From: a virus
Virus record (IMG/VR): IMGVR_UViG_3300029231_000002
Coordinates: 7,518 to 71,517 of that record
DNA length: 64,000 nucleotides
Strand: one strand, 5' to 3'
Both the position numbers and the translations under genes were made by a program. Below the pieces are notes generated by a model that saw nothing but the letters and a program-made list of their open reading frames with translations, ran no database searches and was not told where the DNA came from. Positions 1-9,948 of the stretch are shown piece after piece. Within the stretch, counting starts at the first letter, position 1, and each line of letters begins with the position of its first letter.

Positions 1-1126
1 CCCGCCTCGTCCACGAGGTTCTCTTCTGAGACCACTGAGTCTATCTGCGAGACCAAGTTATCATACCACGCTGCTTGAGAGTCGTAGAGGGGAAGCTTGC
101 GTGTCTCATATACACGTGGCGGTAGATCAAGGCATTGTTCCTTGGTTCTGGAAAACGCTAGAAAGTAAGCGCGCTGTTTAAGCTCGTCCATATTTTTATA
201 GCCCTTGATATACTTGCCAAACGCCGCCTTACCATAATTTATATAACGTTCTGAAAATATCCACTGATTTGTACCGTAAACACTGGGATCTAATGCCAGG
301 AACTGTGCAAATAAGTCTAACGGATTATTTACATATGCCATACCGGTCAGTTCTACACCGTAAGGAATAGTCTGGCATAACTCTGCAGTAGCTAATGTAC
401 GTTTGGCTTTGGGGTTCTTGATCTTCGTAGCTTCATCCATAATAAACATATCAAATTCCTGCAGCTTTAGATCTTCTTCCAGATTAAAAATACCTTCATA
501 TGTTATCATGGAAAACGAGAGCCCAGTATCTGGTATACTATACAGGGCCTTTTCTTTTTGCCTAGGTGTACCCGCTATAATAATACTCTGCGCTTCATCT
601 GCGATATCCCTGACTTCTGTATCCCATTGGTACATCAAAGATCTAGGGGCAATCACAAGTACCTTTTGTACATTGCCTAACGCTGGAATAGCATGGCGTA
701 ACCTTGCAAGTGTAATAGATGTAAATGTTTTCCCAAGTCCCATATCGAGCCAGAGTGCACAGCGCTTCATATTTAGAGCAAATGCAATAGCTTCTTTCTG
801 ATGCTGATAGGGTACTTTTTTATAATCTATTACATCCGGAAGCACTACGTCACGTATACCTTCTCTTTGGGTACCCCGCTGCAGTTCATTAAGTCTACGT
901 AATACCACTTTACAATCAGTTACCCATTGAGCGGTTTCTGCGTCATCCATTCTAATATTCTGTTTAAAAAATAACATAATATCAATAAACACGGAGTAAG
1001 TAGCGGGTGCAGTCCACGCTTTTATCCGTGGGCTATATTGGATATATCTCAGTTTACCTTTGAATATCCCCCGCTCTTCTATCCGTGTCTTGAATATTAT
1101 GGTATCTTGACGTTTAACAAGTTCCA
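1..1126 (-). CDS. SNF2-family (DEAD/DEAH-like) helicase, N-terminal part; gene continues beyond window start
   Basis: Translated by hand on the minus strand. Walker A LDMGLGKTF and motif II FIMDEATKIKN (DEAx...KN, SNF2-like). Open frame from ATG at about 1124-1126 to position 1, with no stop. Absent from the ORF track because it runs off the edge. Confidence 0.6.
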
Positions 1127-1139
1127 TAATATATTTCCC

Positions 1140-1394
1140 CTATTTTACAGTAACCCATCTTACAAAGGCACCGTTTTCTACATTGAGATCTACATCTTTC
1201 GGAATAGGTTTACCTTCTTTTTTATACTCTGCTATTAGTGCTTTAAGCAAGTCAGTAGCAGAATCCAATGCATCTTTAATATTCCTGCCTTCTGTACTTT
1301 TATCAAAGCCTGGAATATATACATATGTTTTATCAATAGATTCAGTAAGAATCACTGGATATGCTATTTGATCAATTTGATTTTTATCCATCAC
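1140..1394 (-). CDS. small HicB-like (UPF0150) domain protein
   Basis: 84 aa. The pattern YPVILTESID...YVYIPGF...EAL...A resembles the HicB/UPF0150 fold, recalled from memory. No HicA partner is adjacent. Confidence 0.4.
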   Translation of the reverse strand: MMDKNQIDQIAYPVILTESIDKTYVYIPGFDKSTEGRNIKDALDSATDLLKALIAEYKKEGKPIPKDVDLNVENGAFVRWVTVK

Positions 1395-1401
1395 TTTCCT
1401 C

Positions 1402-2190
1402 CTATTTGTCAGTCAAGATAAAAGGAAGCTGGCCTCCGTTACCCATATAGGTTGGGAGCTTACCATCCCATTTATCAATTGCTTTTTCTTGAAGTACCAT
1501 TGGGCTAAGAGATTTCTGTTTCTGCAATTGAGCTTCTGCCTCCAAGGTTACACGTTCTAAATCATATTTAGCTTTTAAAGCTCCCTGCTCTGCTACTTTT
1601 TTACTCTCAATAGCTTTATTATATTCATCAGAAAAATCGTGATTTGTAATCAATAAGCTTTTTACAGCAATACCACTATTTGCGGTTTTATCAATAAAAG
1701 CTGCATTGATTTTATTGGAGATCTCAGCTCTCTTTTCTACAAATTCTTCAATTGGATAATTCGCAATAACTGAATTTGTAATCTCGAGCAACGTAGGTTT
1801 GATAAGGGTAGCTTCGTAGTTCACACCGTAAGTTTGATAGATCGTACCTACACTAGCAGGGTCCAACGCATACAACAGGCTTACATCTACCTGAATACCC
1901 TGCATATCTTTACTGGATACTTCAGTTTGAATTGCATAATTTACATCACGTACATTCATTTTAATAACAGTATCCACAAATGGTACTTTGAAATTCAAGC
2001 CCTCATTCATAATGTTGGCGAATCTACCTAGCCGGAGTACTACACCACGTTCTCCAGTATCAATAATCGTAAAACTGGAGAACACTAGAACTGCGAAAAT
2101 AATAACTCCAGTAATTACTGCCCCAAGCCCGGCAAACACTTTTACTGGATTTTTCTTAGGCTTAGGTTCATAGAGAAAATCATCATTCAT
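1402..2190 (-). CDS. SPFH/band-7 (prohibitin/HflC-like) membrane protein
   Basis: N-terminal TM helix, then TGERGVVLRLGR typical of the SPFH domain, and a coiled-coil C-terminus. Confidence 0.75.
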   Translation of the reverse strand: MNDDFLYEPKPKKNPVKVFAGLGAVITGVIIFAVLVFSSFTIIDTGERGVVLRLGRFANIMNEGLNFKVPFVDTVIKMNVRDVNYAIQTEVSSKDMQGIQVDVSLLYALDPASVGTIYQTYGVNYEATLIKPTLLEITNSVIANYPIEEFVEKRAEISNKINAAFIDKTANSGIAVKSLLITNHDFSDEYNKAIESKKVAEQGALKAKYDLERVTLEAEAQLQKQKSLSPMVLQEKAIDKWDGKLPTYMGNGGQLPFILTDK

Positions 2191-2227
2191 ATATACTCCC
2201 TACTTTCTTTTAAGATTATTTTAATAG

Positions 2228-2716
2228 TCAGCTATGTTTAATCTTAACCCTTACAATACGCCGACCCCATTGATACGCTGCTTCCTCCGAGTCCATAGCG
2301 ATATCTATTTTATTTCCTTTTATTGCCCCACCAGTATCATGTGCTATACACCATCCAATATCCGGCACATAAACCTCGCTTTGCATTGGGATAACATTGG
2401 GATCTACTGCAATCGTTTTATACGGGACAGCAGGTTTGCCGTCCGCAGCAAGTCCCGTACCAGAAGCATCTACCGGATCCATTGTCCAGTACGCCGTAGC
2501 TACCACGTCCAGTACATAATAATCTGGCTTTTCTTCTGGTATAACTGCTACTCCCTGAGGCTCTTCTTTTTTCGTATCAGGTTTAAGGGCATCCTCTACC
2601 GGCATTGCGACAACTTCATTCTGTTTATGCTGCGTATCTAATTCCCATACTACCACAGATAAAACAAGGATTGCAGCGAGTAACAGTGCTAGAAAACAAG
2701 ATTCCTTAATCTTCAC
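2228..2716 (-). CDS. 3D-domain (MltA-like) cell-wall-active protein with N-terminal signal/TM
   Basis: YKTIAVDPNVIP...AHDTGGAIKGNKIDI matches the 3D domain signature. A hydrophobic N-terminus is present. Confidence 0.6.
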   Translation of the reverse strand: MKIKESCFLALLLAAILVLSVVVWELDTQHKQNEVVAMPVEDALKPDTKKEEPQGVAVIPEEKPDYYVLDVVATAYWTMDPVDASGTGLAADGKPAVPYKTIAVDPNVIPMQSEVYVPDIGWCIAHDTGGAIKGNKIDIAMDSEEAAYQWGRRIVRVKIKHS

Positions 2717-3452
2717 TATATAGTTTCTCCTCTCCTAATTCTACCACATTATTAAACAATGCGGAATATTTATCAAATTTATGATCTACATGAAAGTGTC
2801 CGAAATACCATTTTTTATATTTAAGCTTTGGACATATCTCAGCATCGAACCATACACTTAGTTCATCATCTTTTTTATCGTCAAAACTAGGACTCCATGG
2901 CGGCATTAAGGGTTCCAGGCTGGGCATTGCAGATAAAGGACAAGTATGGGTGATTACATAGTCTACTTCCCAGTTATTAGCTTCCAGATTCTTAATTGCA
3001 TTGTCTTTCTCTGCCTGACTGGGATATTCCTGGGGCCACCAGCTTATCTGAGGAATACGGTGGTTTTGATCAACAGACAACCCACCGCCCATTGTAAATA
3101 CCTTTTTATCTTCAATGGTATAAACTTCCCCACGCATTAAATGAATACAATGAGGGCTTATTTTTTGAACTCTACCGCCAAACATTTCTGTTACAGGGTA
3201 GCCCTCAATTTTATTAAAGTTTTCATGGTTTCCATCGACCCATAACGTCGTCCACGGAAAGGTATCTTCATATAACCTTTTAATTAATTTTTCATCCGTG
3301 TTAGGAGCGTTTCTTCCCCAGATGCCGCCAAAATCCCCAGCTATGATAAGATAATCGTTACGGGACAGCTTTAAATGTACATCAAGTTTTTGTAGATAAT
3401 AAAGCTTATCTATATCATATTCACCATGTACATCACCACATACAAATATCAT
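2706..3452 (-). CDS. PPP-family-like metallophosphatase (calcineurin-like phosphoesterase)
   Basis: Motifs GDVHG, GDFGG, GNHE. Confidence 0.65.
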   Translation of the reverse strand: MIFVCGDVHGEYDIDKLYYLQKLDVHLKLSRNDYLIIAGDFGGIWGRNAPNTDEKLIKRLYEDTFPWTTLWVDGNHENFNKIEGYPVTEMFGGRVQKISPHCIHLMRGEVYTIEDKKVFTMGGGLSVDQNHRIPQISWWPQEYPSQAEKDNAIKNLEANNWEVDYVITHTCPLSAMPSLEPLMPPWSPSFDDKKDDELSVWFDAEICPKLKYKKWYFGHFHVDHKFDKYSALFNNVVELGEEKLYSED

Positions 3453-3454
3453 AG

Positions 3455-3607
3455 TTATTCTCCTTTACTGCTTTTAAATGCACCAGTTAATCCGCCCAGG
3501 GCAAGGGCTGCCAGTGTAACTATTATAAAATGCGGAATTATCATATCTATTACAATGACTGCAAAGAATGCCAATCCGTACCACATATATTTTATTGTAG
3601 TATCCAT
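3455..3607 (-). CDS. small hydrophobic membrane peptide (50 aa)
   Basis: Below the ORF-track size cutoff. Hand translation gives MDTTIKYMWYGLAFFAVIVID... RBS AGAAAGGAAAGT lies 8 nt upstream. Confidence 0.4.
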   Translation of the reverse strand: MDTTIKYMWYGLAFFAVIVIDMIIPHFIIVTLAALALGGLTGAFKSSKGE

Positions 3608-3626
3608 ATACTTTCCTTTCTATGTA

Positions 3627-3842
3627 TCAAAAATTAAAATCATCAGGGCCAATGCTGAAATAGCTAGCCAATGCAAGCCAAGATAATAATGCTAATCCAC
3701 CTGAAAAAATTGCTACTAATAAAGTTTTTGCCAGAAGCATAAATATTATTGACATTATAAATAATGTTGCCCAAAACCAGATAGGCATTCCCGCTACTTT
3801 ATCAAACCACATTTTATCACCCCATTTGTTCACGCCATACAA
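3627..3842 (-). CDS. small membrane protein
   Basis: 71 aa with two predicted TM segments. Same orientation as neighbours. Confidence 0.45.
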   Translation of the reverse strand: MYGVNKWGDKMWFDKVAGMPIWFWATLFIMSIIFMLLAKTLLVAIFSGGLALLSWLALASYFSIGPDDFNF

Positions 3843-4296
3843 CTAACTTCCCATTTTTAACTTCATATATTTCCTGATTTGTACTGCCATAATACGGGAC
3901 TGCGCTGCTACGCATACTTTCTATATATGGTCCTATCTTTACATAATCCAGATAGTCTGCAAAGTCAGGGAACGTATCTAAAAACTTAAGACACGAAAAA
4001 CCTGTATACAAAATGCGTTTCAAGTTTTTTTCTTTAGCGATTCTGTATACTTCTTTTACGGCTTCAAGTTGAAGCAATGGTTCGCCGCCAGATACTGTAA
4101 CCCCAGTTGTACTTTCAGTAATATGATTAAACAAAGGCTCAATCCTCATCTCCCTGCCTCCGTCCAACGGATGAGTATCAGGATTATGACAGCCTTTGCA
4201 ATTAGCCAGACAGCCTTGGGTTACCAGTACAAGGTTTATCCCTGGTCCGTCTGTTATACTGTCCTGGATTACTGTATTTAGTCTAATGGTTCCCAT
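3817..4296 (-). CDS. nrdG: anaerobic ribonucleotide reductase activating protein (radical SAM)
   Basis: CLANCKGC (CX3CX2C) and GGEPLL motif. Size 159 aa. Confidence 0.75.
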   Translation of the reverse strand: MGTIRLNTVIQDSITDGPGINLVLVTQGCLANCKGCHNPDTHPLDGGREMRIEPLFNHITESTTGVTVSGGEPLLQLEAVKEVYRIAKEKNLKRILYTGFSCLKFLDTFPDFADYLDYVKIGPYIESMRSSAVPYYGSTNQEIYEVKNGKLVVWREQMG

Positions 4297-4826
4297 TCTT
4301 CAACACCCTCTTGTTTGGTTTTCGTAACTAAAGCGCGTAATTCTTTTCTTACCAGTACGTCAAGGTCAATCATTTTATACCCATTACATTCCAAAGCTAT
4401 CGGATAATGCAAACAGCAGCTCTTAATAGTTGCTAAGCTATGTAAATGCCCATGGATATTTACATCTGCTTCATGGAAGATTCGAGGTGCATGAGTAAAC
4501 AACATATCAATACCATAACGCCTCATTGTCAAGGAATCACATGCAAAGTTAAATCCACGCTGCATATAATAATCCAAAGAACACGGATCATGGTTTCCCC
4601 TAACTAATATCTTTTGTCCTGGCAATTCTTTGATTATCGAAAGATACTTGCCGCCCCAGGCTACATCCCCTAAATGAATAACAGTATCTTCCGGAGATAC
4701 CACTGCTTTCCAATTAGTGATAATTAACTCCTCGTAATTTTCAGGCCTATTAGCTAATTTTATTATATTTCTATGCCCGAAATGAGTATCTGTAGTTATC
4801 CAAATCATAAGCGTCTCCTTCCCCAT
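4278..4826 (-). CDS. metallophosphoesterase (calcineurin-like)
   Basis: Motifs DTHFG, GDVAW, GNHD, GHLH. Confidence 0.65.
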   Translation of the reverse strand: MGKETLMIWITTDTHFGHRNIIKLANRPENYEELIITNWKAVVSPEDTVIHLGDVAWGGKYLSIIKELPGQKILVRGNHDPCSLDYYMQRGFNFACDSLTMRRYGIDMLFTHAPRIFHEADVNIHGHLHSLATIKSCCLHYPIALECNGYKMIDLDVLVRKELRALVTKTKQEGVEEWEPLD

Positions 4827-5287
4827 CCTCTACGTTGAACCAGATATTTATTTGCATATCTCTTAAACCGTTTATCCATTTCTTTTCTAAACTGAGCAGT
4901 TGCATAAATAATAAGAGTAGAATGAAATTCAGTGAGCTGTGCATTAAACTTTTCTTCTTTTTCTTTTAAATTATTAAAAACCTCTAGTAAATCAACCATT
5001 TTCATGTCATGTCTACTAGGATAATCTATAAACGCTTTTTCTATCTGTTGTGCATGCAACACTATTTTATAAAGTATTAGTACCCAGAGATATGCAGGAT
5101 CAATTCGGTTTAATACTTTAAGAGCTTCATTTTCTTTGATTTCCTTAATAATAAAATCTCTTCCTGATGTACAATTCTTTATAAGTTCCTCTGGAAGATA
5201 CTTGAAAAGTTCTTGAGGAATACTAACGTTATCCAGCATCTCAGGAAGTTCTTCATAGATTTTTTCAAAGTCTTTCTCAGTAAACAT
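4805..5287 (-). CDS. hypothetical protein
   Basis: 160-aa ORF. RBS GAGGTGG upstream. Confidence 0.5.
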   Translation of the reverse strand: MFTEKDFEKIYEELPEMLDNVSIPQELFKYLPEELIKNCTSGRDFIIKEIKENEALKVLNRIDPAYLWVLILYKIVLHAQQIEKAFIDYPSRHDMKMVDLLEVFNNLKEKEEKFNAQLTEFHSTLIIYATAQFRKEMDKRFKRYANKYLVQRRGWGRRRL

Positions 5288-5313
5288 TATACCACCTCGT
5301 TATATTTATTGGT

Positions 5314-5353
5314 AAGACTAGTATACCATATATTAGTACGATATACTAGTCTT
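5314..5353 (-). promoter_or_regulatory. 12-bp perfect inverted repeat (AAGACTAGTATA / TATACTAGTCTT) overlapping an extended -10 (TGGTATACT on minus strand): candidate operator/promoter for 4805..5287
   Basis: Read directly from the sequence. Position about 30 nt upstream of the RBS. Confidence 0.35.
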
Positions 5354-5380
5354 AAAATGAATTTTATTTGTTCGTAGTTA

Positions 5381-5923
5381 TTAGTTGTCTTCTTCTATTG
5401 AGGTTATTGTCCGATCAATATACTCCAATAATTTTTCTTTTTCAATTGTAGGCGGAGCCTTTTCCACCCCGCTTAAAAGATCTGCTTTCCAAGCTTTTAA
5501 AATATATTCTTTCCCGCCAAACATTATATCATCTACTTTACTTGACCAAGCATCTATAGCATCCAGTAGAAGTTGATGTGAGAAAAATCTGGGTGTTTTC
5601 TTCATCACTGTCCCTGCACCAAAACCACAGGTGCAGCATTTTATTCCACCAAATACTCCAGGAGCTGCATCACCTTCAAAACTCATTATGAAGTGAAATT
5701 TTGTACCATCACATACAGGACATTCAGTAATCCAAGTATCCTGAATTACATGAGAACAACTTGAATGTGTTTGTACCTCTCCTAAAACAGCCTGTATAGC
5801 TGCTTTATTTTTAGTTGCTTTGATATAACGAGTAAAGTCTCTAATTAGTTTCCATTCCTCTGCAGTAGCTATAACTTTTCTTTCGCTGCCTTCTGTGGTT
5901 TTTATAGTTTTTGTGTTTGTCAT
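5381..5923 (-). CDS. hypothetical Cys-rich protein
   Basis: 180 aa. CPVCDG...CCTCG suggests metal binding. Confidence 0.5.
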   Translation of the reverse strand: MTNTKTIKTTEGSERKVIATAEEWKLIRDFTRYIKATKNKAAIQAVLGEVQTHSSCSHVIQDTWITECPVCDGTKFHFIMSFEGDAAPGVFGGIKCCTCGFGAGTVMKKTPRFFSHQLLLDAIDAWSSKVDDIMFGGKEYILKAWKADLLSGVEKAPPTIEKEKLLEYIDRTITSIEEDN

Positions 5924-5939
5924 TTTAATCGTCCTTTCA

Positions 5940-6104
5940 TTACAACGCTTCTAAATTATTGAGTAAAGAATGTTTAATTTGTTTACGTTGTAGTACTGTT
6001 GTGTATTTACATATACCGTTAGTCAGCGGTACCCAATGGTTGTAATATAGATTATATTTTTTGCTTTCTTTAATACAGGGGTTTCTTATACAACTCTTTC
6101 CCAT
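5940..6104 (-). CDS. small Cys-containing protein (54 aa)
   Basis: Hand translated as MGKSCIRNPCIKESKKYNLYYNHWVPLTNGICKY... Perfect RBS AAAGGAGG lies 8 nt upstream. Confidence 0.35.
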   Translation of the reverse strand: MGKSCIRNPCIKESKKYNLYYNHWVPLTNGICKYTTVLQRKQIKHSLLNNLEAL

Positions 6105-6107
6105 ACG

Positions 6108-6605
6108 TTATTCCTCCTTTGGTTCTGGATATCTCTTACATAATCTTGTATACTCTTTACGGACAGCCTGATTCATAATATTTTCCCAGAATATCTTATC
6201 GTGTTCCAGGTTTTCCTTTGCTGCCTCCATTGTGTCATAGATCAGACCTTGAGTATAATATAAATAATTTGATGCATAGTTATTATCAAAGTCAAGCCTT
6301 TGAGTAATAATCTCACCAGTGTTAGGGAAAAATCTATTGATATATCCATACCCATTATCTGTGATTTTATTAACAATTCTCCAGTCTACTTCATCCTTTA
6401 ATATCTTTGTGAAAATAGAATCTAAAACAATATCAGACTTAGCCTCTAAAGGTATAGGAAATGCATACTCTACTCCCTTAGGTCCCATTTTATAAAAATT
6501 GGGGTCACCTTGAATTTTAAATACTGAACCAACTGATGGAACAATTTCATCCATAACGCGGTCCCATAACTTAGAATTTTCTCTTTCAGCACTCATACTA
6601 GTCAA
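6108..6605 (-). CDS. hypothetical protein
   Basis: 165-aa ORF. Confidence 0.5.
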   Translation of the reverse strand: MTSMSAERENSKLWDRVMDEIVPSVGSVFKIQGDPNFYKMGPKGVEYAFPIPLEAKSDIVLDSIFTKILKDEVDWRIVNKITDNGYGYINRFFPNTGEIITQRLDFDNNYASNYLYYTQGLIYDTMEAAKENLEHDKIFWENIMNQAVRKEYTRLCKRYPEPKEE

Positions 6606-6622
6606 TCCTCCTCTAGAATACT

Positions 6623-6958
6623 CTAAATTGTATCTTTATGTACTATCTGTACCTCATTTGAATCTAATATATGACGCAGGCTTAAAATGAATTCCAAACC
6701 TACAGTCGCTATTACTTCTGCTTGTTCTTTAGTTGGATTTTTACCACAAAATACTCGATTGAATTGATCTTCTACATAAGAAATTAGCCTTACTAGAAAT
6801 TCAGGGTCCTTAGCATAGCTTTCACTGATCCAATGTGCTAGTTCTTCTTTCGTAGCATCAAAGATATCTACATTGACAGATTTACCCTCCCGGGTTACTC
6901 GAATATAAATACCCGTAAAATCAGTTGCATCAGGGTACTTAATCCAAATGTATTTCAC
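6623..6958 (-). CDS. hypothetical protein
   Basis: 111-aa ORF. Confidence 0.5.
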   Translation of the reverse strand: MKYIWIKYPDATDFTGIYIRVTREGKSVNVDIFDATKEELAHWISESYAKDPEFLVRLISYVEDQFNRVFCGKNPTKEQAEVIATVGLEFILSLRHILDSNEVQIVHKDTI

Positions 6959-7442
6959 GTACTTCTACTATTTCCGCTCCCACAATTAAATTATTAAGTG
7001 CTGCTCTACTCAGACTCAGACCACAGTCTTTTGACATTGTACTAAACGTTATATCAAAAAGTTCATCGTCGTTTATACGGGACTTAATTGTTATGCCAGT
7101 ACAGTTTTTAAAATACGATATATCTGCGTCTTCAATACGTGACAATACCCTCAGTCCAGGGTCACTTCCTGCGAAATAAAGTGTAGCATACCCAACATGA
7201 TGGGCATATTGAAATTTTACTCTTACGTCTTGGACATATAACTTTTTATTTCTAATTGCTACCATGTACTTTTTCAGGGGACTTTTTACCTGTTCATACC
7301 CTAGTTTTCCCAGATCCAACTCTGGAGCGTTATCAATAAGGGCTTGTATTTGTGTTCCTGTAGTTACCCCTATGCTGAATTCAGGTAAATTTTTCAATGC
7401 ATCGCCATCAATTATTCTCATTTTTATCAATTCCTTTCTCAT
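6939..7442 (-). CDS. hypothetical protein
   Basis: 167-aa ORF. Confidence 0.5.
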   Translation of the reverse strand: MRKELIKMRIIDGDALKNLPEFSIGVTTGTQIQALIDNAPELDLGKLGYEQVKSPLKKYMVAIRNKKLYVQDVRVKFQYAHHVGYATLYFAGSDPGLRVLSRIEDADISYFKNCTGITIKSRINDDELFDITFSTMSKDCGLSLSRAALNNLIVGAEIVEVREIHLD

Positions 7443-7872
7443 GCTCTTTTAATTCTCTTTTAATAATTTCTATATCTTTGCCATACACATTAGTAACAAC
7501 TGTTGCTTGAGGTAAGCCACCATGCATAACATAATATATATCCGCTAAATAGTTATTTGGTGGTTTAATTGACGCTAAGTAAAACGCAGCCTGGGCATAG
7601 CATACCTGCATATACTTACTATTCCAACTAGGCATATAAAGAATATCACCTTTAAATATACGGTTATCTTTTGTATCCAAATAACCAGTACATTGCCCTA
7701 CAGTTTCAATATCTACTTCTTTTGCAACCATTTCTGAATAATCATCACCTATCCAGTTTGAGTATTCAACAATAAAGGCTTCCTCTTCCTGGATTACCAA
7801 GTATCCATATACCCACCTTCTATTATGAATATCCTGTCCTCTATATAGGAAGTTATTTAAGTTGATATTCAT
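7408..7872 (-). CDS. hypothetical protein
   Basis: 154-aa ORF. Confidence 0.5.
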   Translation of the reverse strand: MNINLNNFLYRGQDIHNRRWVYGYLVIQEEEAFIVEYSNWIGDDYSEMVAKEVDIETVGQCTGYLDTKDNRIFKGDILYMPSWNSKYMQVCYAQAAFYLASIKPPNNYLADIYYVMHGGLPQATVVTNVYGKDIEIIKRELKEHEKGIDKNENN

Positions 7873-8003
7873 AATTTTAAATCTCCTTCGATTTCTACGA
7901 TATACTTATTTCTTTTCAAGAACTCTACCCAACGATCAGATACATCATAGCCCTGACGATGATATAACTTGAAGACCTTTTTAAATTGTTGTATGCGCTT
8001 CAT
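7869..8003 (-). CDS. small basic protein (44 aa)
   Basis: ATGA overlaps at both ends suggest translational coupling. Hand translated as MKRIQQFKKVFKLYHRQGYDV... Confidence 0.35.
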   Translation of the reverse strand: MKRIQQFKKVFKLYHRQGYDVSDRWVEFLKRNKYIVEIEGDLKL

Positions 8004-8383
8004 TTCTTTATCTCCTTAATGACTTCAATAGCTTTATCTGCAATAAAATTTACAGTATCTTTCATTACTTCCGTAGTTAATTCTTTAGTAGTTGTAATAT
8101 TATTCGGTGTTATTTGCTGTGCGATAATCATTTTTGTTAGGGTTGTACTGCTAGGCATAAGCATTGCAACTATAAATAGTATAACAGATACTAAAAGTGT
8201 CTTCCCTGCTCTTTTATTCCATATCTTCCGTTCTTCTTGTGTATATATAAATGATGAACCTTCTACTAAACACAGCATGCCCCCTAGACACACCACTATC
8301 CATAAGATAAAGAATGCTATAACTACTATATCTATCTTATCAATAAGATAGATAACCCAGGGACTAATAATAGGGTCATCCAT
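8000..8383 (-). CDS. membrane protein, paralogue of 8603..8986
   Basis: Start refined to the internal Met (MDDPIISPW...) by alignment with its paralogue. Two TM segments. The track ORF extends to 8407. Confidence 0.5.
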   Translation of the reverse strand: MDDPIISPWVIYLIDKIDIVVIAFFILWIVVCLGGMLCLVEGSSFIYTQEERKIWNKRAGKTLLVSVILFIVAMLMPSSTTLTKMIIAQQITPNNITTTKELTTEVMKDTVNFIADKAIEVIKEIKK

Positions 8384-8606
8384 TTTTCTCACCGTCCTCG
8401 ATCTCAATTAATGGACAATCTTTATGTCTACCACTTTCTAAAACCCTCATATTCTCTTCTATACCCTCAATATCTGTACACCAAATATTAGGTACTAATG
8501 TGTCACCACTAACGTAACAATACTGCCCACTGTCATCTATGAAATTGCACTCGAAACAATTCCTGGGCAGAGCAGTCATTCCTTTAATTGCTATTAACTT
8601 AGTCAT
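8376..8606 (-). CDS. hypothetical Cys-containing protein
   Basis: 76 aa. Confidence 0.45.
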   Translation of the reverse strand: MTKLIAIKGMTALPRNCFECNFIDDSGQYCYVSGDTLVPNIWCTDIEGIEENMRVLESGRHKDCPLIEIEDGEKNG

Positions 8607-8986
8607 TTCTTTATCTCCCTAATTATCTCAATAACTTTATCATTTAAATAATCCAAGCCATTTTTAACTACTTCAGAAGATAATTCGTTGGTAGCTTTAA
8701 TATTATTAGGAGTTATATACTGTATAAGTATCAGGGATGTTAGTGTTCTACTGTTTGGGATCAAAGTAAAAAGAGAAATGAATATAATACTCACTATCAT
8801 GAAGATTTTAGATCTTCTATACCATTTAGATTTTTCATTTTTCTCGTAATAACTTGTTGTGCTTTCTATAAAACAAGCTACAGCAAGAGCTAAAGAACAC
8901 AATCCAATAGTGATTACCCAAGCAAGCACCCCATCTACGCTTCCAATAAGATAAATAAGCCACGGACTAATAATAGGTTCATCCAT
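8603..8986 (-). CDS. membrane protein, paralogue of 8000..8383
   Basis: MDEPIISPWLIYLIG... is clearly alignable with 8000..8383. The track ORF extends to 9106. Confidence 0.5.
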   Translation of the reverse strand: MDEPIISPWLIYLIGSVDGVLAWVITIGLCSLALAVACFIESTTSYYEKNEKSKWYRRSKIFMIVSIIFISLFTLIPNSRTLTSLILIQYITPNNIKATNELSSEVVKNGLDYLNDKVIEIIREIKK

Positions 8987-8987
8987 T

Positions 8988-9149
8988 TTATTTATTCCCC
9001 TTTTCTTCCATTCTAGATCCACATTTAGGACAGTAATTTTCCAAGTTGTTAACTCCAAAATTATTATAGATGTGTTTATTACAATTTGAACAAATCCAGC
9101 AACCATATAATAATAAATGTTCTTTCCAATACCCTTTCTTTTTAGTCAT
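8988..9149 (-). CDS. small zinc-ribbon protein
   Basis: CWICSNC...CPKCGSRMEEK. Start refined to MTKKK to avoid a 95-nt overlap. The track ORF extends to 9236. Confidence 0.4.
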   Translation of the reverse strand: MTKKKGYWKEHLLLYGCWICSNCNKHIYNNFGVNNLENYCPKCGSRMEEKGNK

Positions 9150-9462
9150 TTGATACATCTCCTTTCTTTTCTTCCATAATAGCCCCACAAGTCTGACAAT
9201 AATTGTCTTTACTATATAACCCGAACTTGCTTCCACATACGCTACATTGAATAAAGTTGTTATACTTATCAGGTTCTAATTCAATCCAATGCCCCTGCTT
9301 GCGTTCAAATTTTTCTTTTGCTTTTTCATAGCCCAACATAAATGCAATGTGTACATAGTTTACAAGTGGCTTAGTAATATCTGAATCTTTTAATAACTGT
9401 TCTACTTTTGTAATTTCTGAGTTATTAGGCATGACATATACTCCTTTCAAATTTTGCGCCAC
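9142..9462 (-). CDS. small zinc-ribbon protein
   Basis: CSVCGSK...CQTCGAIMEEK. Confidence 0.5.
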   Translation of the reverse strand: MAQNLKGVYVMPNNSEITKVEQLLKDSDITKPLVNYVHIAFMLGYEKAKEKFERKQGHWIELEPDKYNNFIQCSVCGSKFGLYSKDNYCQTCGAIMEEKKGDVSND

Positions 9463-9766
9463 AGTTCCAGCAAAATTTTATTTCATCCCGTGTGACCGCT
9501 CCTCCACAACTTGTTTCTACTAATGGTTTATGACATACACTGCATTCTCCATACTCAGGATACCTGTTGCCCCGGAAATATTGTCGTACCGCTGTTGTAC
9601 GGTTTTCTTCAGTAGGTAATCTATCCAATGCGTTAGCCGCAGAAAGGTACCCTGATTTCAAACCTTCAAAATAGCGCTCCCATTCCCCTACACCTTTTAT
9701 AGTATTAGCTATACCCTGTAGGTACTCTATGGCAGCTTCTTTACTTACCAATTGCATAGTAATCAC
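9425..9766 (-). CDS. small zinc-ribbon protein
   Basis: CSVCHK...CWNCGAKFE. Confidence 0.5.
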   Translation of the reverse strand: MITMQLVSKEAAIEYLQGIANTIKGVGEWERYFEGLKSGYLSAANALDRLPTEENRTTAVRQYFRGNRYPEYGECSVCHKPLVETSCGGAVTRDEIKFCWNCGAKFERSICHA

Positions 9767-9948
9767 TTCTCTTTCTTTTTCTGGTCTTCAATGAGTATAC
9801 GATCCGAGTAACTAATAGAACACGCTGGGTTATACTTGGTTGGCGGACTGGATGCAGTAACCCAAAAACATTCCGCACATGTCGGTGAAAAATAATAATT
9901 ATCTTTAAAATGGATACAATGATAACACCAACTTGTATACTTTATCAT
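9763..9948 (-). CDS. small Cys-rich protein
   Basis: Likely starts at ATG (MIKYTSW), which has RBS GGTGGGAG. The track start is a GTG 4 codons upstream. Confidence 0.4.
   Translation of the reverse strand: MIKYTSWCYHCIHFKDNYYFSPTCAECFWVTASSPPTKYNPACSISYSDRILIEDQKKKEK

Noticed and set aside
980-1139. Search for a HicA toxin partner next to the HicB-like ORF
   Set aside because: The downstream sequence is the in-frame N-terminus of the helicase gene, and the upstream neighbour is the SPFH gene. There is no small toxin-like ORF, so the HicB-like protein is standalone.
403-1371. Plus-strand ORFs 403..801, 1038..1238 and 1183..1371
   Set aside because: They lie antisense to a well-supported minus-strand SNF2 helicase gene (Walker A and DEAT motifs read on the minus strand) and to the HicB-like gene. 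No RBS, and the context is leftward transcription throughout.
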